64,000 nucleotides of DNA from an uncultured virus (IMG/VR IMGVR_UViG_3300036761_000818) (lineage: Duplodnaviria; Heunggongvirae; Uroviricota; Caudoviricetes), in the IMG/VR virus record IMGVR_UViG_3300036761_000818. The stretch is one strand, 5' to 3'. A model generated the notes under the pieces. It searched no databases. It was not told where the DNA came from and worked only from the letters and a program-made list of their open reading frames with translations. This document shows positions 1 through 9,394 of this stretch, piece by piece. Made by a program: the position numbers and the translations under genes. Position 1 is the stretch's first letter. Each line of letters opens with the position of its first letter.

Positions 1-1540
1 CAGAGTTGGCCGACGCCGAGGCTGCGGCTCCGATCGCGATGGAAAGAATGCCCCCCGCCGAGGCTGCGGCTCCTACCGCGCTGGAAGAGGTTCCTGTCGC
101 CTGTGCGTCTCTTCCGATCGCGGTGGCGTCGGTGGCGAGAGCATCGGCGCTGAAGCCGAGAGCGACCCCGTTCGTGACGCTTGCAGTCGAGTTCGCTCCG
201 ACCGCGACGCCCCCGGTGCCGTTCGCGACGGCGCTGGAGCCGACCGCCAAGGCGTCCACAGCGTTCGCGACGACGAGTTGCCCGAGAGCGGTCGCCCGGT
301 TCGCTTGTGCGCGAGAGTTATACCCGAACGCAGACCCTCCGAAGTTCACGTTCGCGAGCGCGTTCTGGCCGACCGCCGTGCAGTCCTCGGCGGCGTTTGT
401 CGTCTGCCCGATCGCGACGGCGTTCTGAGACGCCGCACTGGCGGCGAACCCGACCGCGACGGCGATGTTCCCTGCGTTGGCGGCGAAGCCTACTGCGACT
501 CCCTGAAGGCCGGAGGAGTTCGATCCCCCGCCAACCGCGACGCCTCCTCCTGCGAAGGTCGCTGTTGCACCCTGGCCGATCGCTACGTTGTTGGCTTGTG
601 AGGAGACGGAGTTCCCCCCGATCGCGATCGTAGTGACCCCCGTCGCTGCGGCGTTGGTGCCGATTGCGATCGAAGAGGCGGTGCTTGCGCTCGGGTTGAA
701 CCCGATGGCGACGGCCGAGGCGCCAGCCGCGTTCGCAGTATCACCGATCGCTACCGCTCTTGTTCCTGCGGCGTTGGAGGAGATTCCGAGAGCTACCGCT
801 GAAGAGGCCAACGCCATAGATGTGTTGCCGATCGCGACTGCGTTAGCCCCTCCGACTGTGGCGCTGACGCCGAGCGCTACCGATCCAGAGAATGGAGCGG
901 CGCTGCCGAATCCGATGGAGACGGCGCTCAGAGCCCCCACTGCCGCGATGGAGCCGAGTATCGCGACGCAAGTATTCGCCGCGGCGCTCACGCCGTCGCC
1001 AATCGCGACGCTCTGGAGCCCGGTGACGGAAGCGAGGTTGCCGACCGCGACCCCGCCGCTTACCGTGACCGCCGTTCCGAATCCAACCGCTACGGAGTTC
1101 GGTCCAGAGGCAACCGAAGTCGCGCCGACCGCGAGCGACGACACACCCGTCGCTTGCGTGCTTGCGCCGAATTGCTCCGACCCCGCCGGAGCGCCAGGAC
1201 CAGGACACGAGATCGAGCCGCCGAGATGGCCAACCGCCGCGTTGAGCTTGAAGAGCGGATCGACACCTGCCGCGGCCTGTGTGAACTCGACAGGGAAACC
1301 GGAATCGATGGCGATGAGCCGACCGCCGTGCGGCGTCGTCCCACCGACGTTCACAGAGTCGTAGGCGTCGTCGAGACTGCCGATGATTGCTGGACCGGCG
1401 ATCCCGATGGCCACGTACGGAGCGCCGTTCAGCGATATGAGCAGGTTCGACCCGTCGTAGTACATCCGTAGCGCATTCGCAGCGGACACGCCGGGGCTCG
1501 ATCGGGCGGTGAAATCAAGCAGTGCGCCTTGAACGTACAT
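1..1540 (-). CDS. Fibre/spike protein 4 with YadA-head-like beta-roll repeats (3' end outside window)
   Basis: Not in ORF track. ATG at 1540 after GGGAGA; reads MYVQGALLDFTARSSPGVSAANALRMYYDGSNLLISLNGAPYVAIG, then A-I/V-G repeats toward the window edge. Confidence 0.8.
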   Translation of the reverse strand, partial: MYVQGALLDFTARSSPGVSAANALRMYYDGSNLLISLNGAPYVAIGIAGPAIIGSLDDAYDSVNVGGTTPHGGRLIAIDSGFPVEFTQAAAGVDPLFKLNAAVGHLGGSISCPGPGAPAGSEQFGASTQATGVSSLAVGATSVASGPNSVAVGFGTAVTVSGGVAVGNLASVTGLQSVAIGDGVSAAANTCVAILGSIAAVGALSAVSIGFGSAAPFSGSVALGVSATVGGANAVAIGNTSMALASSAVALGISSNAAGTRAVAIGDTANAAGASAVAIGFNPSASTASSIAIGTNAAATGVTTIAIGGNSVSSQANNVAIGQGATATFAGGGVAVGGGSNSSGLQGVAVGFAANAGNIAVAVGFAASAASQNAVAIGQTTNAAEDCTAVGQNALANVNFGGSAFGYNSRAQANRATALGQLVVANAVDALAVGSSAVANGTGGVAVGANSTASVTNGVALGFSADALATDATAIGRDAQATGTSSSAVGAAASAGGILSIAIGAAASASANS

Positions 1541-1549
1541 TCCGTCTCC

Positions 1550-1618
1550 CTACATCGCCACGTAGGCGCCGCCGTTTTCCGACTTCTCGAAGACGTTCGT
1601 CATGCCGTTATACCTCAT
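1550..1618 (-). CDS. Possible 22-aa mini-ORF or fibre-anchor remnant (MRYNGMTNVFEKSENGGAYVAM)
   Basis: Fills the gap between two fibre genes and resembles their shared N-terminal motif. Confidence 0.3.
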   Translation of the reverse strand: MRYNGMTNVFEKSENGGAYVAM

Positions 1619-1638
1619 CCGCTGGCGCGACGGCCATG

Positions 1639-4284
1639 TCAGTTCAGTACGCGCATGGTTCGGAACCCGGCGCCACCGGAGTTCGCGGCCCCGACCTCGA
1701 CGCGCCGCTGGCCGATGCTCGGGATGTCGATCAGGATGTTCGAGTTGTCGATCGCAGGGACGATCGCGTCGATCTGAAGCTGCGTGACGTAGGTCAAACC
1801 TGATCCGACGCGAGCCGTGCGGACCCGGAAGTCGCCGCTCCGATCCGCAGCAGCGCCGCCGAGCCCCGGCTCGATCCACAAGTCCCACCCGTTGATCCCG
1901 GCTGCGTTGCCAGCCGAGGACCGCGTGCGGAAGATGTCGGGGGCACCGCTCGTCTCACCGCCGCCCCCTCGGAACGTGGTGATCGGGAAGAGGTTCGACC
2001 CCATGTTGCAGTTCGAGGCGATCGTGGAGGTCGCGCCGTTCCCGATCGCGATGGCGCCGAGCGCCGACGCCGAAGCGGACGAACCGATCGCGATGGCGCC
2101 CGTGCCGCCAGCCGCGCTCGCGAGACGCCCGAGCGCCACGCAAGCGGAGGCAGGACCGCCGCCAGCGACCGCCGCCTGTCCGACCGCGACGGACCCGAGG
2201 TCCGAGGTCGCGCTCTGGCCGATCGAGACGCCGTTCCCCGCGATCCCGCACGACGCCGCCTGTCCGACCGAGACGGAGAGCGAACCGCCGCAGCCCGAGG
2301 CGTGCCCGACCGCGACGCATTGGACCGCGCCGCTGAAGGTGATCGCGTTCCCGACCGCGACCATGCCGAAGTTCGCGGCGGGGGTGAGAACGATGCTGTG
2401 GCCGATCAGCGTGCAGTTCGTCTGGACGTTCGTGAGCGCCGTGGTCCCTGATCCGATGACGATCGGGAGGACCGCGAGAGCGGTAGCGGAGAGCGAGTTG
2501 CCGATGAGGATGCCGCTCGCCGCGAAACAGGAGATGGTGGAACCGATCACGACGACATCGGCGTCTCCGGCGAGCGATGCCTCTCCGATCACGACGGAGG
2601 TGAGCGAGGCCGCGCTCGCCGACGAGTTATTGCCGATGACGACGCTGCTCGTAGCGGCACTTGTGCTGCTCGCCCCGATGCAGATCGAGTCGATCCCCGA
2701 CGCCACCGAGAAGAAGCCGAACGCCATCGCGCGGAGCCCGCTCGCGGTCGCGAGGCGCGCGAGGGCGATCGTGAAGCCTCCGGTGCAGGACGCGCTCGTC
2801 CCGATCGCGATGCCGTCCTGGCTGGCGCCGGTGTTCACGTTCGCGCCGCTCCCGATCGCGATGGCGTTGTTCGTCACGCACGTCGCGAGGAGCCCGATTG
2901 CGATGGCGCTCGCTCCCGTCGCCGGGATGGTCGCGACGTTGCCGATCGCGATGCCGGAGTTGCCGAGGCACGTTCCGCCCTGGTGCGTGATGCAGATGCC
3001 GTACTGATCGGCGACGGAGTCCTTGCCGATCGCGGTGGCTTCCGTCATCCCCTGCGCCTTCGCGTTGTTGCCGATCGCGATCCCGACCGTCGTGGCCGAC
3101 GCCACGCTGTTCGGGCCGATCGCGATCGAACCGGCGCCTCCCGAGACGATCGCGTTGATCGCGACGGAGCCGGTCGAGCCAGCGATGACGTTTGGTCCGG
3201 TTCCGATCGCGACGGAGTCGATGGCGTTCGCGCCAGCGAAGAACCCGATCGCGACCGTCCTTGTGGCGGTGCAGGTAGCGGAGCCGATCGAGATACCGCT
3301 CGACGCCGCCGCCGTGACGGTTCCCCGGATGGCGATGGCGAGGTTCGCCCCGACCGGGATGCTGGAGTTGATCCCGACCGCTCCGGCTGCGGCGACCGTG
3401 AACCCGACACCGATCGCGACGGTCCCGTTCCCGGTCGCCATCGCGCTGTTGCCGATCGCGGTCGAGCCGACGGCGGCTGCGGTGGCATTCGCGTTCGTGC
3501 CGATCGCTGTCGAGAAGGCGCCGGTAGCTGTCGCCGCGCGCCCGAGCGCGACCGCATCGACGGCGAGCCCCGTGTTTGCGTCGCGGCCTATCGCGATCGA
3601 GAAGTCGCCGAGGACTCCGGTGGCGCGCCCGATCGCGATGCCGTCGATGCTCGTCGAGACGGAGAGGAACCCGATCGCGACGCCAGCGACCCCGTTCGCG
3701 ACCGCCGAGACGCCGAGAGCGGTGGCGCCGTTCGCGGAACACGTCGCCCCCGCGCCGAGCGAGGTTGCGTCGGTCACGCCCACACCCGTCGTGGCGCTGA
3801 ATCCGACGGCGGTGCTATTGGCGCCAGAGGCGGCAGCGAGGCTACCGAACGCCGCGCCTCCGTTCTGCGTTGCTTGCGCGCCGTTGCCCACCGCTGTCGC
3901 TTGCGCGGCTGGCGCCGCTGCGCCAGCGCCGAATTGTTCCGAGCCAACACCCCCTAAACACGAAACCTCGCCGCCCGTTACGAGCAGCGCGACGCCGCCA
4001 GCGCCGACAAGCGCGACGGGGAAGCCAGCCGCTACGTTGATGATCCGGCCAGCCGTCGGAGCGGCGCCGCCGACGGGCGTTGTGTTGTAGGCGTCGCCAA
4101 GGCCCCCTGCGCCAGTCCCGCCACCTACCGGGCCGTACGGCGAGCCGTTGAGCGAAACGAGGAGCGTCACCCCGTCGAACACCATCCGCGCTGTGTTCGG
4201 AGTGGACGGGAACGTCTCGGCCATGTTCTGCGCGGCGTACGCGAAGATCGGCGCTAAGATGATCTCGTTCGGCGTATCAAACAT
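1639..4284 (-). CDS. Fibre/spike protein 3, YadA-head-like repeats, 881 aa
   Basis: Dozens of ~14-aa xxA(I/V)Gxx(A/S)xA repeats; N-terminal RMVFDGVTLLVSLNGSPY motif; no signal peptide or beta-barrel anchor. Confidence 0.85.
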   Translation of the reverse strand: MFDTPNEIILAPIFAYAAQNMAETFPSTPNTARMVFDGVTLLVSLNGSPYGPVGGGTGAGGLGDAYNTTPVGGAAPTAGRIINVAAGFPVALVGAGGVALLVTGGEVSCLGGVGSEQFGAGAAAPAAQATAVGNGAQATQNGGAAFGSLAAASGANSTAVGFSATTGVGVTDATSLGAGATCSANGATALGVSAVANGVAGVAIGFLSVSTSIDGIAIGRATGVLGDFSIAIGRDANTGLAVDAVALGRAATATGAFSTAIGTNANATAAAVGSTAIGNSAMATGNGTVAIGVGFTVAAAGAVGINSSIPVGANLAIAIRGTVTAAASSGISIGSATCTATRTVAIGFFAGANAIDSVAIGTGPNVIAGSTGSVAINAIVSGGAGSIAIGPNSVASATTVGIAIGNNAKAQGMTEATAIGKDSVADQYGICITHQGGTCLGNSGIAIGNVATIPATGASAIAIGLLATCVTNNAIAIGSGANVNTGASQDGIAIGTSASCTGGFTIALARLATASGLRAMAFGFFSVASGIDSICIGASSTSAATSSVVIGNNSSASAASLTSVVIGEASLAGDADVVVIGSTISCFAASGILIGNSLSATALAVLPIVIGSGTTALTNVQTNCTLIGHSIVLTPAANFGMVAVGNAITFSGAVQCVAVGHASGCGGSLSVSVGQAASCGIAGNGVSIGQSATSDLGSVAVGQAAVAGGGPASACVALGRLASAAGGTGAIAIGSSASASALGAIAIGNGATSTIASNCNMGSNLFPITTFRGGGGETSGAPDIFRTRSSAGNAAGINGWDLWIEPGLGGAAADRSGDFRVRTARVGSGLTYVTQLQIDAIVPAIDNSNILIDIPSIGQRRVEVGAANSGGAGFRTMRVLN

Positions 4285-4311
4285 GGCTCAGTTCACCCCC
4301 AATTACCACGA

Positions 4312-5637
4312 TCACGGTGGAGCGATCGGCGTCACGGTGCCCGCCGCGCCCTTGAATGAGAGCCCGCCCGCCGGATCGACGAAGAAGATGCCAACGCCGG
4401 GCGTCGGACCGCCCGGCGGAACGAGGACGGCGGGCATCGAGACGACGACGCCGAGCGCACCGCCGTACATGCCCGACGCGGCGGTGCCGAAGGAAATCTG
4501 CGGCGTCCCATCGATCCGAAAGTCGTTGATGGGGAACCCCACGGAGCCGATCTTGCACTGCGCCGACGCCACGCAGATCGCACCGCGCCCGAGCGCGATC
4601 GAGCCCGTGAAGGCCGGAGGCCCGCTCGCTGCGCCTCGCCCGATGATCGTGTTGTTGCCGCCGATCGCGGACCCGCCTACGGTTACTGAATCCGCGCCGA
4701 TAGCCACGCCGCCGATTGCGATCCCATTCGTGCCAGCCGCGACGTTCCCGAACCCGATTGCGATGCTGCCCGGCCCTGGCGCCGTCGCGCTCGGTCCGAT
4801 CGCGATCGATGGCGCACCGGACGCAAGGGAACCGGGGCCAATCGCGATGCAGTTGAGAGCGGGGGCGGCTGCGCTGTGCCCGATGGCAACCGCTTCTGCG
4901 CCGAGCGTGGTCGCAGTTCGTCCCACGGCGACGCTGTTGCCTCCAGAGGCCGCAGCGGTGAACCCTACGGCGACATCGGCGAGCCCCGTGGCGGAAGAGA
5001 TGCCTCCCACGGCGACCGAGCCAGACCCACTCGCCGCCGCAGTGTTGCCGAGCGCCATGGAGTTCTGATTCGTCGATGACGTGAGGCTCCCGAGCGCGAT
5101 GGCGTCCTGCCCCGTGGCCGATGCTTGGTGCCCGACGGCGAGGCACCCGGACGCTCCGTCAGCGACCGCCTGATAGCCGAATGCGTTGCACGCGAACGTG
5201 GCGCTGACGAAGCCCGCGTTCGTCTGGAAGCCGAAAGCGTTGCTGGAGGCGCTCGCTCTCGCCCCCGAACCGAATGCGCACCCCTCGACGCCCGAGACGA
5301 TCGACGCCGCCCCGAAGTGCTCCGTGTTGGCGCCTCCGACCGGATCGGGGCTGGAGATCACGCCACTCGGGACGAGGAGCGCCGTCCCGAGCGCCGCATC
5401 GGAGATCGTGACGGGCACCCCGGGAAGGATCGCGATCGACTGACCGACGTTGTACGCCGCCTGAAGCGAGACAGCGCCGAGCGTCCCGATCGCGACGTAC
5501 GGAGCCCCGTTCAGCGAAGCGACGATAGTCGTGCCGTCGTAGATCATCCGCGCCGACCCGAGGACTGACGGACCCGCCTCGACGGCGGAAATGCCCGCAA
5601 GGCCGACTACCTCGAATCCTGCTCCAGCGTGCGCCAT
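4312..5637 (-). CDS. Fibre/spike protein 2, YadA-head-like repeats, 441 aa
   Basis: Same repeats; RMIYDGTTIVASLNGAPY motif; C-terminus GGLSFKGAAGTVTP shared with the next paralogue. Confidence 0.85.
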   Translation of the reverse strand: MAHAGAGFEVVGLAGISAVEAGPSVLGSARMIYDGTTIVASLNGAPYVAIGTLGAVSLQAAYNVGQSIAILPGVPVTISDAALGTALLVPSGVISSPDPVGGANTEHFGAASIVSGVEGCAFGSGARASASSNAFGFQTNAGFVSATFACNAFGYQAVADGASGCLAVGHQASATGQDAIALGSLTSSTNQNSMALGNTAAASGSGSVAVGGISSATGLADVAVGFTAAASGGNSVAVGRTATTLGAEAVAIGHSAAAPALNCIAIGPGSLASGAPSIAIGPSATAPGPGSIAIGFGNVAAGTNGIAIGGVAIGADSVTVGGSAIGGNNTIIGRGAASGPPAFTGSIALGRGAICVASAQCKIGSVGFPINDFRIDGTPQISFGTAASGMYGGALGVVVSMPAVLVPPGGPTPGVGIFFVDPAGGLSFKGAAGTVTPIAPP

Positions 5638-5649
5638 CTTCTCCCTTTC

Positions 5650-7983
5650 CTACGCCGGAGCGAGCGGCGTCACGGTGCCCGCCGCACCCTTGAACGAGAG
5701 CCCGCCAGCCGCATTCACGAAGATGATGCCGACGCCCGCCGTTGCGCCCGCTGGCGGTGCGGCGTTGCTCGGCATGGCGAGAACGACGCCAGTCGATCCG
5801 CCGTAGACGCCAGCCGCCGCCCCGAGGCCGACCTTGGGTGTCCCAACGAGCCGGAACTCGTTCACCGGATTCGCGCCCGACCCGATCACAAGCTGATTGA
5901 CGGCCGTCGTGACCGCCAACGCACCGATCGCGATCGAGGACGCGAAGGCGGCGTTGGCGGTGAAGCCGAGAGCGACCGCTGCGGGCGCCGCTGCTGGCGC
6001 GGTGGCGAGTCTTCCGAGCGCAACAGAGTTCAAGCCGCCGCACGCCGAGTTCACGCCGATCGCGATCCCACCGTCGCCGATGGAAGCGGACATGAACCCG
6101 ATCGCGATGCTGCCCAAGGCGGTAACGGCCGAGCTTACTCCGATGCAGATGGCATTGATTCCACCGGCGAGAACGTCGGCGTTACGACCGATGCCTATGC
6201 CAGAGTTCGCAAGGCAGAACCCGCCACCGATCTGCATCCCCGTGAGCGACGTGACGACCGAGGCTTGGCCGATCGCCAAGGAGTTCCCGAGGGCGCAACT
6301 GGCAGTCGATCCGATGACCGTGCAGTTACTCGCGACGGAAGACGCGGTGTTGCCGATGATTACGCAGTCAGACGCCGCGGCCCCCGCGGTAGCGGCGAGC
6401 CCGATCGCGATGCTACCGCTTGCCGCGCCACCCGTAGACGCTCCAGAGCCGATCACAACGGAAAAGGGGGCATTGGCCGCGGAAGAGTTCCCGACCGCGA
6501 TTCCATTCGCCGCCGCGACGGCAACCGTCGCGAGATTACCGCACGCGACGGAGAAAGCGGCGTTTGCGACGCTGAAGGGACCGACGGCCAATGCGGCGGT
6601 GGCGATTGCGTTTGCGGAGTTCCCGATGGCAACGCAGTTCGCTGCGCTCGCGAGCGTGGCGAACCCGATGCTGACGCCCTGCACTCCGGCGGGGGCGACG
6701 GTGGAGGTCAGGCCGACGGCGACGCCGTTGACGGATAGGGCCGAGCCGCCTCCGACCTGGACGGAACCGACTCCCGTCGCGATTGCGCTGGCACCGATCG
6801 CGGTCGCGTTCAGACCCGCTTGGGCGAGGTTCCCGACAGCCGTTGCCCCGAGGCCAATGATCGCGACAGCGTTCGAGCCGAGTGCTACGTTGCCAGCGAA
6901 CGTCGCCTGAGAGGACGGCCCGATCGCTACGGTGCCGAGGTTGGTCGCAGAAGCCAAGTTGCCGAGGGCGACAGCGGAGACGCCGGTTGCCGAAGCTGAT
7001 TGCCCGACCGACGTGGCGTTGGCTCCCGAGGCGACTGCACCGTTCCCGACCGCAGTGGCCGCTGCTCCACCAGCGCTGGCGAGATTGCCGAAATGCTCCG
7101 AGAGCACACCGCCCGCTCCCGGGCAAGAGATAAACCCGGTCGGGACGAAGATCGCTACCTGCGCAGCGGACCCCTGATCCACGACGAGCGCCGTGGCCCC
7201 TGCTGCGCCGTTCTGCGTCAGCGTGAGGAGCGCAGAGCCGAACGCGCCTACGTTCGTGAGCGCGACTGGACGAGCGTTCGCCGTGATGCCGATCGCGTTC
7301 CCGCCGACGTAGGCGCTCTGGAGCGTCGGCGGCGAGCCCGTGACGAGCGAGACGTAGGGCGCTCCGTTATAGCTCACCTGCAAGGCGGCAGGAACGCCGT
7401 TGCTGTAGCGCAGTCGGAACTCGCCCGGCGCGCTCACGGGCGCCGTTGCGCCGTTCGTCCCTTCGAGGATCGCGGTCTGCGTTCCGCCCAAGTTGTTCAG
7501 GCCCCGGAAGTTCGCGCCCGTAGCACCAAGGCTCGCCACGGTGGACGTGATAACGGGATCGGGGTTGAACGCGCCGGAGACAAGAGCGTTGATCGCGCCG
7601 CCCGTGCCGCCCGTCGAGGACGCGCCGAGAGCGAAACCTGGACCGCCGCCGGGGTGGACGAAGCTGACCATCGTGCTGCTGACGACAGGGTTGCCGTTGA
7701 CCGTCAATATCGATGATACGTTGGCGCCGGGGTTCGAGAGCGCGACTGGCCCCAAGCCGCCGATGCCGATCGTAGAGCCGCCGTTGTACGCCGACTGGAG
7801 GCTACCAGGGCCACCTACGGTCCCGATGCCCACGTACGCCGCGCCGTTGAGAGAGGCGAGGATCGTCGTTCCGTCGTAGTAGATGCGTGCCGAGCCAAGG
7901 ACCGAGACGGGAGGAAAGTCAGGGGGCGGCACACCCTGTAGCCCGTAGACGGTTGATGATACTGCGCTTTCTTGGACCGACAT
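5650..7983 (-). CDS. Fibre/spike protein 1, YadA-head-like repeats, 777 aa
   Basis: Start moved to MSVQES (ATG 7983, GAGGGAGG RBS); RIYYDGTTILASLNGAAY motif, a second copy LRYSNG..SYNGAPY, then repeats. Confidence 0.85.
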   Translation of the reverse strand: MSVQESAVSSTVYGLQGVPPPDFPPVSVLGSARIYYDGTTILASLNGAAYVGIGTVGGPGSLQSAYNGGSTIGIGGLGPVALSNPGANVSSILTVNGNPVVSSTMVSFVHPGGGPGFALGASSTGGTGGAINALVSGAFNPDPVITSTVASLGATGANFRGLNNLGGTQTAILEGTNGATAPVSAPGEFRLRYSNGVPAALQVSYNGAPYVSLVTGSPPTLQSAYVGGNAIGITANARPVALTNVGAFGSALLTLTQNGAAGATALVVDQGSAAQVAIFVPTGFISCPGAGGVLSEHFGNLASAGGAAATAVGNGAVASGANATSVGQSASATGVSAVALGNLASATNLGTVAIGPSSQATFAGNVALGSNAVAIIGLGATAVGNLAQAGLNATAIGASAIATGVGSVQVGGGSALSVNGVAVGLTSTVAPAGVQGVSIGFATLASAANCVAIGNSANAIATAALAVGPFSVANAAFSVACGNLATVAVAAANGIAVGNSSAANAPFSVVIGSGASTGGAASGSIAIGLAATAGAAASDCVIIGNTASSVASNCTVIGSTASCALGNSLAIGQASVVTSLTGMQIGGGFCLANSGIGIGRNADVLAGGINAICIGVSSAVTALGSIAIGFMSASIGDGGIAIGVNSACGGLNSVALGRLATAPAAAPAAVALGFTANAAFASSIAIGALAVTTAVNQLVIGSGANPVNEFRLVGTPKVGLGAAAGVYGGSTGVVLAMPSNAAPPAGATAGVGIIFVNAAGGLSFKGAAGTVTPLAPA

Positions 7984-7996
7984 CGACAGCCTCCCT

Positions 7997-8326
7997 CTAC
8001 TTGAGTCCCAAGATGATCTCTGGCGACTGAACGACGGCGCCGTTCGTGAAACGCCCGCGGACGTGCTCGCCAGTCCTCGGCACATTGATCGAGATGAAGC
8101 CAGCGGCGAGCAGCACGAACGAATCCGTGGTGACGTACGTTGACGAGGCGTTGAGCCGCTGAAGAACATCGAGCGTGCCGCCGCCGGAAGGCATCCTCAC
8201 GAAGATGCTGATCTCGTCCCACCCGTACGACGGCGCGTTCTGAGAATCGGCGATGCCGCCGACGGCGAGAGCGACGTTGGTCGCGTTGCGCCGGAAGAAC
8301 CGCATCGGTCGCCGAATCGTCTGCAT
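7997..8326 (-). CDS. Small beta-rich putative virion protein, 109 aa
   Basis: GGAGA RBS, tight operon spacing, alternating hydrophobic pattern. Confidence 0.7.
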   Translation of the reverse strand: MQTIRRPMRFFRRNATNVALAVGGIADSQNAPSYGWDEISIFVRMPSGGGTLDVLQRLNASSTYVTTDSFVLLAAGFISINVPRTGEHVRGRFTNGAVVQSPEIILGLK

Positions 8327-8335
8327 GGTCTTCTC

Positions 8336-8644
8336 CTACCCGCCCATTTCGGACGCCCGGCAGTAAGCCGTGCAGCGGATCGACGCGCTGTCGAGTGCTT
8401 GGCTCGACGTGACCGTCACGCCCTGCGCCGTTGCTACGACGGTGAGGACGCCCTGGTTCACTGGCGCGACGAAGTTCGCGATGCGCTCGACAACGACCAC
8501 CTGCGGCTCGTACTCCAACTCGTTCTGGACTGGAGACGCGCCGCCGGGAAGGTTCGTGTCGGGATCATTCCAGTTACCGACGCCAGCGCCCAAGGCCATG
8601 AACACCGTCACCTGCCCCGTCCTTAGCGTGCGAATCTGAGCCAT
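8336..8644 (-). CDS. Small beta-rich putative virion protein, 102 aa
   Basis: GGGAG RBS, operon position, beta-strand-like sequence. Confidence 0.7.
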   Translation of the reverse strand: MAQIRTLRTGQVTVFMALGAGVGNWNDPDTNLPGGASPVQNELEYEPQVVVVERIANFVAPVNQGVLTVVATAQGVTVTSSQALDSASIRCTAYCRASEMGG

Positions 8645-8656
8645 CTCATTCTCCCT

Positions 8657-9382
8657 CTACTTACAGGCGTTCAAGAGGTCGCCGAGCATCTCGCTGATCT
8701 TGTTCGTCTCGACGATGTAGCCGAGCATGAACGCCTCGATGAGATGCCACATCGACGGGTCTGTGCTCATCGACCGAATCTCGATCTGATGATCCTCTGG
8801 AACAAGGTACATGATTTCGTCTTGGAACGGCATCTCTGTCGTTCCATGGACGCCACGGAGCGCAGGAGAGATGATCGTCTTGCCGTCGGAAATGGTGAGC
8901 GAATGCTGAACGAACGGAGTAGGCGGCGTGAGAGCGTTGTTCAGGAAGTACCCGCCCTCGTCGCTGTCGGCCCCCCACTTCTTCAGGAACCCCATGTAGC
9001 CGCGTGGAACAGTGAAGAGGATGATGGTGGCGAAGCCGCCGACTTCACTGATCGGCGTGCCGAGCCCATCGGCAGACGCCGCCTCGACCGCGCCGACATC
9101 CACGAGCGGATCGAGCGATCCGTTCAAGATGACCCTGTTCTCGACGAACCACGGCTGCGCATGGAACGGGATGAAGTTCTGCGGAGGGAGCGTGACGACG
9201 GGACGGGCCTCGCGGATCGCACATGAGGCAGCGTAAAGGAACGCCTTCGTCTGCGGATCGACACACGGCACCGGCGGCATCTGCGAATCGCGATGTCGAT
9301 CGATGTACTCTGCCGAGATGGCTTGCTTGTAAAGCCCCCTCGGAAGCCCGCTGCCGTAAGCTCCTGATCCGAATCCCGACAT
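8657..9382 (-). CDS. Putative vertex/penton or minor capsid protein, 241 aa
   Basis: Beta-rich C-terminal domain (ILFTVPRGYMGFLKKWG...IEAFMLGY) next to the candidate capsid genes; function inferred. Confidence 0.5.
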   Translation of the reverse strand: MSGFGSGAYGSGLPRGLYKQAISAEYIDRHRDSQMPPVPCVDPQTKAFLYAASCAIREARPVVTLPPQNFIPFHAQPWFVENRVILNGSLDPLVDVGAVEAASADGLGTPISEVGGFATIILFTVPRGYMGFLKKWGADSDEGGYFLNNALTPPTPFVQHSLTISDGKTIISPALRGVHGTTEMPFQDEIMYLVPEDHQIEIRSMSTDPSMWHLIEAFMLGYIVETNKISEMLGDLLNACK

Positions 9383-9394
9383 GCGGCCTCTCCT

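Noticed and set aside
6..7879. Plus-strand Ala/Pro-rich ORFs (e.g. 1817-3007, 3023-4090, 5897-6910)
   Set aside because: Antisense shadows of the fibre genes
1..7983. Trimeric autotransporter adhesins
   Set aside because: The repeats fit, but there is no signal peptide, the three complete genes lack a C-terminal beta-barrel anchor, and they sit in a viral operon
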